From positions 432,814-456,813 of the forward strand of contig CAWIML010000007.1 of NCBI GenBank assembly GCA_963837215.1: a DNA stretch of 24,000 nucleotides, in the 5' to 3' direction. Numbering within the stretch: the first letter of the stretch is position 1; every line of letters starts with the position of its first letter. The notes beneath the pieces were generated by a model. The model was not told the origin of the DNA, did not search any database, and saw only the letters and a program-made list of their open reading frames with translations. Position numbers and translations under genes: made by a program. This document shows, one piece after another, positions 16,500 to 24,000 of this stretch. This DNA is from an uncultured Chloroflexia bacterium (GTDB lineage Bacteria; Chloroflexota; Limnocylindria; Limnocylindrales; CSP1-4).

Positions 16500-17588
16500 G
16501 TGCGACAGCCCGCCACGCCACCTCGCCGGCCTTGCCCGTCTCGTCGTCGTCGCCGCCCTGGCCGCCGCCTGCTCACCGGCCGGTGTGGGTGGTTCGCCGG
16601 GAGCGTCCGATGCAGGCGCCTCTGCCTCCGGCGCCGGCGAGCCTGTCGAGCTGCGCCTCGGCTACTTCCCGAACCTGACCCACGCCACGGCGCTGGCGGG
16701 CCTCAAGCAGGGCATCTTCGAGGCGGCGTTGCCGGACAACGTGACGCTGACGCCGAAGCCGTTCAATGCAGGCCCAGAGGCGGTCGAAGCCATCTTCTCG
16801 GGGGCGCTCGATGCCACGTTCATCGGTCCGAACCCGGCCATCAACGCCTTTTCCAAGTCGGAGGGTGAGGCCGTCCGCATCGTCGAGCGGCGCCACGTCC
16901 GGTGGCGCGTATCTCGTGGTCAAGCCGGAGATCACCTCGGCCGATCAGCTCAAAGGCAAGAAGCTGGCCACGCCGCAGCTCGGCAACACGCAGGACGTGG
17001 CGCTCCGGGCGTGGCTGAAGTCCCAGGGCCTGGCGACCGACGCGCAGGGCGGCGGCGACGTCGGGATCCTGCCGCAGCCCAACGCCCAGACCCTCGACAC
17101 CTTCAAGTCCGGCGACATCGACGGCGCCTGGGTGCCCGAGCCATGGGCCACTCGACTCATCCAGGAGGGCGGCGGCAAGGTGCTCGTGGACGAGCGCGAC
17201 CTGTGGCCGGACGGCCAGTACGTGACCACCCAGCTGGTCGTCACTCCGGCCTTCCTGTCGGCCCATCCCGACGTGGTCAAGGCGCTCCTCGCGGGCGTCG
17301 TGGAGGCCACCGATTACGTCAACGACGAACCCCGCCGAGGCGCAGGCCGCGGTCAACGCGGCGATCGAGGACGTGACCGAGAAGCCACTGCCGGAGGCGG
17401 TCCTGGCCGCCGCCTGGCCGAATCTGACGTTCACGGTCGATCCCATCGCATCGTCCTTGACGTCGTCCGCGGAGGAGGCCACCGAGCTCGGGCTCCTGGA
17501 CGAGACGGACCTGACCGGCATCTACGACCTGACGCTCCTGAACGAGGTCCTGCAGGCCGCCGGCAAACCGGAGATCCCTGTTCCGTGA
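16500..17588 (+). pseudogene. ABC transporter substrate-binding lipoprotein (NitT/TauT, SsuA/NMT1-like), three frame disruptions
   Basis: The pieces, in order:
1. GTG at 16500 (MRQPATP).
2. A lipoprotein signal LAGLARLVVVAALAAAC, then VELRLGYFPNLTHATALAGLKQGIF...EGEAVRIV (ORF 16585 frame).
3. SGATSGGAYLVVKPEITSADQLKGKKLATPQLGNTQDVALRAWL...ATDYVND (ORF 16766 frame).
4. NPAEAQAAVNAAIEDVTEKPLPEAVLAAAWPNLTF... (ORF 17373 frame), with the stop at 17588.

A surplus nucleotide lies near each of 16521, 16885 and 17327. Confidence 0.75.
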
Positions 17589-18433
17589 CCGTCCTCCGGG
17601 CGCGGGTGGCCGATCCGGCCGATATGCTTGCGGGCGTGGAGCCCGCACTCGCGACCGACCTCCCGAGCCCGGCCCGCGCGTTCGCCGATCCGGCCATCGA
17701 GATCGACGGCGTGACCAAGCACTACGGGCCGGCCGGCAACAGCGTCCTGGCCCTCGACGGGATCACGCTCACCGTCTACCGCGGCGAGTTCCTGTGCATG
17801 GTGGGTGCTTCCGGCTGCGGCAAGACCACGCTCCTCAACCTCATCGCCGGCCTCGACCGGCCGGGCGCCGGGACGATCAAGCTGGACGTCGGGCGTCCCG
17901 CCGTCATGTTCCAGGAGGCGGCGCTCTTCCCGTGGCTGACCGCGGCCGAGAACATCGAGCTGCCGCTCCGCTTCCACGGCGTCGCCAAGACGGAGCGCCA
18001 GGACGACGTCGCCGCCCTGCTCGAGCTGGTCCACCTCGAGGGCTTCGGCGACAAGCGGCCGCACGAGCTGTCCGGTGGCATGCGTCAGCGCGTGGCGCTC
18101 GCCCGCGCGCTCGCCCAGCGGGCCGAGGTGGTGCTCATGGACGAGCCATTCGGCTCGCTCGACGCGATGACCCGCGATCTCCTCCACGATGAGCTGGAGC
18201 GGTTGTGGCGGGAGCGCGGCCTGACCATCGTCTTCGTCACGCATGACGTGCGTGAGGCCGTCCGGCTTGGCGATCGCATCGTGCTCCTGACGAGCCGGCC
18301 TGGACGCGTGGCGGAGGAGTTCGACGTGGACCTCGACCGTCCGCGCGAGATCGGCACGCGCGAGGTCGGCGAGGTGGCCGGGATCGTGGTCGACCGTCTG
18401 CGACAGGAGGTCCGTCGGCATGCGACCGATTGA
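17585..18433 (+). CDS. ABC transporter ATP-binding protein (NitT/TauT family, SsuB/TauB-like)
   Basis: Contains Walker A GASGCGKTT, the Q-loop MFQEAALFPW, the signature LSGGMRQRVALARAL, Walker B VVLMDEPFGSLD and the H-loop VTHD. The GTG at 17585 overlaps the SBP stop (GTGA). An alternative ATG start is at 17624. Confidence 0.9.
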   Translation: MTVLRARVADPADMLAGVEPALATDLPSPARAFADPAIEIDGVTKHYGPAGNSVLALDGITLTVYRGEFLCMVGASGCGKTTLLNLIAGLDRPGAGTIKLDVGRPAVMFQEAALFPWLTAAENIELPLRFHGVAKTERQDDVAALLELVHLEGFGDKRPHELSGGMRQRVALARALAQRAEVVLMDEPFGSLDAMTRDLLHDELERLWRERGLTIVFVTHDVREAVRLGDRIVLLTSRPGRVAEEFDVDLDRPREIGTREVGEVAGIVVDRLRQEVRRHATD

Positions 18434-19349
18434 GCGCCTGCGGTCGGCACGCGAGGCCCGGCGCGGCGGCTCCGACGGCAGGGGCGCGCCGGGTCATGCC
18501 CTCGACACTGAGCTGGCCGGCCTCGACGCCCTCGACCGACCCATCGCGTCCCATCCGGGGCTCGCCCGGCGGACGTGGCGAGGGCTGTGGCCGAAGCTGG
18601 CCGCCATCGCCATCGGCATCCTCGCCTGGCAGCTCGTCGTCTGGTCAGGCTGGAAGCCGGAGTACGCCCTGCCCGGGCCGATGGCTGTCTTCGGGACCCT
18701 GGCCGCCGAGGTCAACGAAGCCGGCCTCCAGGAGGCGATCCTCATCACCCTGCGGCGCGGGATCATGGGCTTCGCGCTGGCGGTCGTGATCGGCGTGCTG
18801 TTGGCCCTCGCAGTGGTGCGCTTCAAGGCCCTGCGGACCGCCATCGGAGCGCTCATCTCGGGAATCCAGACCATGCCCTCGATCGCCTGGTTCCCGCTCG
18901 CCATCCTCCTCTTCCAGCTGACCGAGCAGGCCATCCTGTTCGTGGTCATCCTGGGCGCCGCGCCGTCCATCGCCAACGGCCTCATCTCGGGCGTCGATCA
19001 GATCCCGCGCGTGCTGCTGCGCGTGGCTGCCGTCATGGGCGCGCGGGGCTTGGACTACTACCGACACGTCCTGCTGCCCGCCGCCCTACCCTCGTTCGTG
19101 GCCGGGCTCAAGCAGGGCTGGGCCTTCGCCTGGCGGAGCCTCATGGCCGGTGAGCTGTTGGTCATCATCGCCGGGCAGTCGTCGATCGGCCAGCGCCTGG
19201 CCTTCTCGCGCGACACCTCCGACGTCAAGGGCCTCATCGCCACGATGATCGTCATCCTCGTCATCGGCATCCTCATCGACGCGCTCTTCTTCGGCACCAT
19301 CGAACGCTCGGTCCGCCAACGTTGGGGTCTCATCGAGGAGTCCGCGTAG
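18420..19349 (+). CDS. ABC transporter permease (SsuC/TauC-like)
   Basis: Intact 309-aa ORF with multiple hydrophobic helices and an EAA-like loop (...GARGLDYYRHVLLPAALPSFVAGLKQG...). It overlaps the ATPase 3' end by 14 nt. Confidence 0.9.
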   Translation: MRPIERLRSAREARRGGSDGRGAPGHALDTELAGLDALDRPIASHPGLARRTWRGLWPKLAAIAIGILAWQLVVWSGWKPEYALPGPMAVFGTLAAEVNEAGLQEAILITLRRGIMGFALAVVIGVLLALAVVRFKALRTAIGALISGIQTMPSIAWFPLAILLFQLTEQAILFVVILGAAPSIANGLISGVDQIPRVLLRVAAVMGARGLDYYRHVLLPAALPSFVAGLKQGWAFAWRSLMAGELLVIIAGQSSIGQRLAFSRDTSDVKGLIATMIVILVIGILIDALFFGTIERSVRQRWGLIEESA

Positions 19350-19396
19350 ATCGGTCCGGGGCCAGGGTCGTGCTCGTGGGAGCCCGTCCGGCGTCG

Positions 19397-19480
19397 TGCG
19401 ATAATCCGGCACGCGCGAGGGCCGGTCTGGTCGACTCGAACGGGCGAGGACCCCGGGGCCAGCGACCACCGCCGGTCGCG
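19397..19480 (+). promoter_or_regulatory. Candidate extended -10 promoter and leader hairpin upstream of pdxS
   Basis: TGcGATAAT lies at 19397-19405, flanked by the inverted repeat CGTGC/GCACG. CCGGGGCCAG occurs twice (19356-19365 and 19453-19462). A hairpin GCGACC-accgcc-GGTCGC lies at 19463-19480. There is no clear -35 element. Confidence 0.3.
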
Positions 19481-19506
19481 CAGCGAGACCGAGGACACAC
19501 GAGAGC

Positions 19507-20395
19507 ATGAGCGTCGAGACATCGACCTGGGCCACCAAGAAGGGCCTCGCCCAGATGCTGAAGGGCGGCGTCATCATGGACGTCGTCACCGCGGAGCAAG
19601 CCAGGATCGCCGAGGACGCGGGCGCCGTGGCGGTCATGGCGCTGGAGCGCGTGCCCGCCGATATCCGCGCGTCGGGCGGGGTCGCGCGCATGAGCGACCC
19701 GGCCCTCATCGAGGGCATCATGGCCGCCGTGACCATCCCGGTCATGGCCAAGGCACGCATCGGCCACTTCGTCGAGGCGCAGGTGCTGGAAGCGCTGGGC
19801 GTCGACTACATCGACGAGTCGGAGGTCCTGACCCCGGCCGACGAGACGAACCACATCGACAAGCACGCCTTCAAGGTGCCCTTCGTGTGCGGCTGCCGGA
19901 ACCTCGGCGAGGCGCTCCGCCGCATCAACGAGGGTGCCGCCATGATGCGCACCAAGGGCGAGGCCGGCACCGGCAACATCGTCGAGGCCGTCCGCCAGCT
20001 GCGCGACGTCCTGGCCGACATCCGCAGACTCCAGTCGATGCGCGAGGACGAGCTCTTCGTGGCCGCCAAGGACCTCCAGGCGCCGTTCGAGCTGGTCAAG
20101 GACGTGGCCGCATGCCGGGCGCCTGCCCGTCGTGAACTTCGTGGCCGGCGGCATCTCCACCCCCTCCGACGCTGCCCTCGTGATGCAGCTCGGCGCCGAG
20201 GGCGTCTTCGTCGGCTCCGGCATCTTCAAGAGCGACGATCCCGCTCGCATGGCCAACGCCATCGTCCAGGCCACCACCCACTTCGACGACCCGAAGATCA
20301 TCGCCGAGGTCTCGAAGGGCCTCGGAGCTCCCATGCGGGGCATCGAGATCGGCGCCATCCCGGAGGGCGAGCGGCTGGCGGTCCGCGGCTGGTAG
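19507..20395 (+). CDS. pdxS: Pyridoxal 5'-phosphate synthase lyase subunit PdxS, frameshifted as sequenced
   Basis: Canonical PdxS sequence runs from the ATG at 19507 ([81 protein letters not shown]) up to ELVKDVAA. It then continues in the next frame as [39 protein letters not shown]...RGW (ORF 20132-20395). The surplus nucleotide is near 20113. Confidence 0.9.
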
Positions 20396-20459
20396 GCGGG
20401 CCGGTCGAGCTGGCCGGGATGACGAGGGGCCGAGCGATGCCCCACCCGGAGCCGCGTCC

Positions 20460-21104
20460 ATGACTCGCGCCACGCGCATCGGCGTGCTTGCCGTCCAGGG
20501 CGCCTTCGCGGAGCACCTGGCCGTCCTGCGCCAGATCGGTGCAGACGGCGTCGAGGTGCGCCTGCCGGCCGACCTCGATGGCGTCGCCGGCCTCATCCTG
20601 CCGGGCGGCGAGAGCACGGCACAGCGCAAGCTCATCGACCGCTGGGGCCTGCGGCGGCCGATCCTCGACCTGGCCACCGCCGGGGCGCCGATCTTCGGCA
20701 CCTGTGCCGGCATGATCCTGCTCTCGAGCCAGATCGTAGATGGAGACGAGCCGGTCTTCCCATTGCTCGACGTGGACGTCAAGCGCAACGCCTTCGGTCG
20801 TCAGCTCGACTCCTTCGAGGGGGAAGTGTCGGTGCCGGTCCTCGGCGACACCCCGGTCCACGGAGTCTTCATCCGAGCACCGATCGTCGAACGGGTCGGT
20901 CCCGACGTCGATGTCCTGGCGCGCCTGGACGACGGTCGCATCGTGGCCGTCCGGCAGCGCAACGTCATGGCCACCGCCTTCCATCCCGAGCTGGCCGGTG
21001 AGACGCGCTTCCATCGCCTCGTGGCCGCCATGGCCGACGAGTTCGACGACCCCGGCGAGGGTGCCGGGCGCCGACGCCATCCCACCCGGCGGGCCGCCCG
21101 ATGA
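20460..21104 (+). CDS. pdxT: Pyridoxal 5'-phosphate synthase glutaminase subunit PdxT
   Basis: Intact 214-aa ORF with [22 protein letters not shown], the catalytic [17 protein letters not shown] and TAFHPEL. Confidence 0.9.
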
Positions 21105-22193
21105 ACGGTCGATCGCCGCAGGGCGGAAGGCCCGGCAAGGCCCGCGCCGCCCGCCTGACCGACCTCGCCGCGCTCGGCGACCTCTCGCGCCTGTCGCAGG
21201 GCGAGGCCCACGAGGACGGATCCATCCAGTCGCTCGGCCTGCCGCTCTCGGGCAGCTCGGTCAGCGTCTTCAGCCTCTTCCGCATGCCGCTTGGCGCCTT
21301 CCTGCCCCACGACCAGCTCTACGTCTTCGAGGAGGACCGGCATCTGGCGGGCTTGCTGCGGGTCGAGCGAGACAGCCATCGCGACGAATGGACGATCGTG
21401 GAACTCGACGCCATCGGCCAGGGAGAAGCCGGCGATATCCGCTATCGGCTCGTGCAGCACCTCCTGCGCGACGGCTCGAAGCGAGGTGCCACGCGCTTCC
21501 ACGTCGCATGCGCCGACGTCGGTGGGAACGTCGAACTGTTCATGCAGCACGGTTTCGCCCGCTACGGCGAGGAGTGGCTCTTCATGCGCCCGCTGGAGAC
21601 GGGCCTGCCGGCGCCGATGGCGGACGCTGATGCGGCCGAGCTGGGCATCCGGCCCGCCCAGCCACTCGACGCTTTGCGCCTCAGCCAGCTCTATGCGGCC
21701 GCCACGCCCGCGCCGGTCGCCCGCCTCGAGGCCTATCGACTGCCCGATTGGGAGCGCCAGGGTTCGCAATGGCGGATCCCACGTCAGCAGCCTGACCCCC
21801 ATCCTGCGCTTCGCCGACGTCAGCGCCTACGTCCAGGAGGATGCCTCGGCAGGCGCCGGACCGGACACGCCGTTCGGTGCATTCGTGCAGCTCGGTGTCT
21901 CGAAAGAAGCCCAGCCGCACTATCTGCGGATCATCGCGCGGCCGGACTACGACACGACCGACCTCATCCGTTTCGGGCTCGGCCAGATCGCCGAGCAGGC
22001 CGCAGCCCATCGCAGCGGAGGGCGTGACCACGGTCACGATCACGGGGTCGTCTCGCCCGTGCGAACCTACGAGGCGCCGATCGACGGGCGACTGGAGGAA
22101 GCCGGCTTCGATCGCATCGCCACCGTCACGCTCCTCATGAAGGAGACACTGGTCCGCGTCGCCGAACCGGCCATGGTGCCGGCCGTCCGATGA
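21101..22193 (+). CDS. GNAT-family acetyltransferase-like two-domain protein, frameshifted as sequenced
   Basis: The ATG at 21101 overlaps the pdxT stop (ATGA). The N-terminal GNAT-like part is ...[84 protein letters not shown]. After WRIPR the sequence continues in the next frame ([19 protein letters not shown]...[12 protein letters not shown] 21291-22193). The surplus nucleotide is near 21785. Confidence 0.65.
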
Positions 22194-24000
22194 GTACGTC
22201 CGATCACGAGCCGATGAACGAGCCGTCGATGCCTGAAGAAGGAGCCGCCGTGCCCAGCGCCGAGCCCGTGCCCAGCCCCGAGCGCAAGTCCAGCCTCGAG
22301 CCCCGAGAGACGACCGACGACCTCCACGCCCTGCTGGCCGCCCTGCCGCCGGAGATCGTGGCTGCTCTCGAGGCCCTGCCCCCCGAGCGCGACCTCATCG
22401 AGGTCGTCATGGATCTCGGTCGCCGCCCGGAGGCTCGCTTCGGCGGCGGCGGCGAGGCGGTGCTCCTCGAGCGCGAGATCGTCGAGGCCGACCTCCAGTC
22501 GGTCGTCGACCACATCGGCACCTTCGGCGACGACAACCGCGCCGGCATCGAGCGGACCCTCCACCGCATCAGCGCCATCCGCAATCGCAGCGGCAAGATC
22601 GTGGGCCTCACCTGCCGCATCGGTCGGGCGGTCTTCGGGACCATCGAGATCATCGATGACTTCGTGGAGAGCGGGAAGTCGATCCTGATCATGGGCCGGC
22701 CGGGCATCGGCAAGACGACCATGCTCCGCGAGGCCGCCCGCGTGCTGGCGGACGACATGGACAAGCGGGTCGTGGTCGTGGACACCTCGAACGAGATCGC
22801 CGGCGACGGCGACATCCCGCATCCGGGCATCGGCCGGGCACGGCGGATGCAGGTGCCGACGCCCGCGCTCCAGCACCACGTGATGATCGAGGCCGTCGAG
22901 AACCACATGCCGGAGGTCATCGTCATCGACGAGATCGGCACCGAGCTCGAGGCTGCCGCCGCGCGGACCATCGCGGAGCGCGGCGTCCAGCTCATCGGCA
23001 CGGCGCACGGCAACAACCTCGACAACCTGATGCTCAACCCGACCCTCTCGGACCTTATCGGCGGCATCCAGAGCGTGACCCTGGGCGACGAGGAGGCGCG
23101 TCGGCGGCGGACGCAGAAGAGCGTCCTCGAGCGCAAGGCGCCACCGACCTTCGACGTCATCATCGAGATCCAGGACCGCGATCGGGTGACGGTCCACGCC
23201 GACGTGGCCGAGACCATCGACGCGCTGCTCCGCGGTGACGCGGTGGCCCCCGAACTGCGCTGGCGTGACGAGGCCGGTGTCCATCGCACCCAGCCACGCC
23301 CCAAGCCGTCGGCCAACGCCGCCCTCGGTCCGACCGAGCGCTTCAGCGGGCTCGTCGGGGCCGGCCTCGGCTGGCGCGTCGAGTCCGGCTGGCGCCCGGA
23401 CGCCCGCGAGGGCGCCTACCGGGGCGGGGAGCGCGGCGGACGGGCGGGCCCCTTCCGCGCGGGCAGCGCCGGCGGCTGGCGGGCACCCCGCGGGCGAACG
23501 TCCTCCGGCCAGGGTGGAGCCGCCGGACCCAGGCGCGGTGGATCGTCGACCACGCCGGATGCCCGCGACTCGGAGCCTGGCGCCGCCCTCGCGAACGAGC
23601 CCTACGCGGGCGCATACGACCCCGCCCTCCTCGCCGACGCGCCGTTCATGACCGGCGAGATCGCCGATCGCGGGCCGCTCGAGCGCGGCTCGGTGCCGCT
23701 GCCAGAGCCACGCGCTCGGGACGCTCGCGAGCTGGAACGGCATCGCGAGTGGCGGGATTCCGCGCGTCAGGCGATCCGGGCGCTCGACGCCCAGGCGGCG
23801 CCGGACGGCCAGGCTCAGGGGGTCGAGGAGGACGAGGACCTCGACGACGACCTCGACGACGATGCTGCGATGGCCACGGCCCAGGCGATCGACGGACGAG
23901 ACATCGCCTACGACCCGCTCGGCGGCATCGCACCCGATGGTTACGCCACCGCATTGCCGACCATCAACGTGCTCGGCTTCGGCATCAGCCGCAAGCGTCT
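22190..24000 (+). CDS. R3H-domain-associated AAA/P-loop ATPase (SpoIIIAA/ycf45-like), 3'-partial at the window edge
   Basis: This gene is not in the ORF track because no stop is reached before the window ends. The ATG at 22190 overlaps the previous stop (ATGA). The frame stays open to 24000. It has [16 protein letters not shown], Walker [14 protein letters not shown], Walker [11 protein letters not shown], and [43 protein letters not shown] Gly/Arg-rich stretch and then an acidic low-complexity region follow. Confidence 0.8.

Noticed and set aside
78-23954. Many long ORFs lie antisense to, or out of frame with, the genes called above. Examples are 78-956(-), 1039-2178(+), 2570-3379(+), 5196-6326(+), 6854-7987(+), 8069-9100(+), 12020-13699(+), 17522-18421(-), 19330-20445(-), 20801-21802(-) and 22067-23743(-).
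   Set aside because: Their translations are monotonous Arg/Pro/Gly/Ala/Ser strings with no recognisable motifs. Each sits opposite a gene with clear family signatures. Stop codons are rare in off-frames of very GC-rich DNA, so these are shadow ORFs.
1-24000. A search for tRNA or rRNA genes, CRISPR repeat-spacer arrays and terminal inverted repeats of insertion sequences.
   Set aside because: The intergenic gaps are short, at most about 190 nt. None shows cloverleaf-compatible structure, periodic repeats or IS-type ends, so there is nothing to report.

Overview
This is a very GC-rich bacterial chromosomal segment. Third codon positions are almost all G/C, and long Arg/Pro/Gly/Ala-rich shadow ORFs cover the antisense strands. 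It is densely packed with core-metabolism genes. I recognise no rRNA, tRNA, CRISPR array, transposase or integrase.

Layout:
- 117-1030 (+): a SnoaL-like protein and a PPOX/F420-type protein.
- 13148 down to 1018 (-): one co-directional block of 11 genes. The first part is a leucine/isovalerate-type catabolic operon: methylcrotonyl-CoA carboxylase beta, an APH-family kinase, a MOSC-GNAT fusion, enoyl-CoA hydratase, a carboxylase alpha subunit with an N-terminal excisionase/MerR-type HTH, HMG-CoA lyase and a GNAT. The second part is a translationally coupled HNH endonuclease / CCA-adding enzyme / TPR / GalE operon.
- 16128 down to 13337 (-): an ECF sigma module (small exported protein, ECF sigma, membrane-anchored TolB-like propeller protein).
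- 16191-16382 (-): a CopG/RHH regulator, divergent from an SsuABC/NitT-TauT-like ABC transporter at 16500-19349 (+).
- 19507 to the window end (+): pdxS, pdxT, a GNAT and an R3H/AAA ATPase.

Points worth a second look:
- The HTH-carboxylase fusion, in an operon that has no separate regulator in this window.
- About 18 single-nucleotide frame disruptions. About 13 fall in 13.3-17.6 kb, and 10 of those are in the ECF module.
- A dyad-repeat operator candidate sitting in overlapping divergent promoters next to the RHH gene.
- Non-canonical passenger genes inside the catabolic operon.

I see no defence island or mobile element. All homology statements are motif recognition by eye and were not checked against any database.
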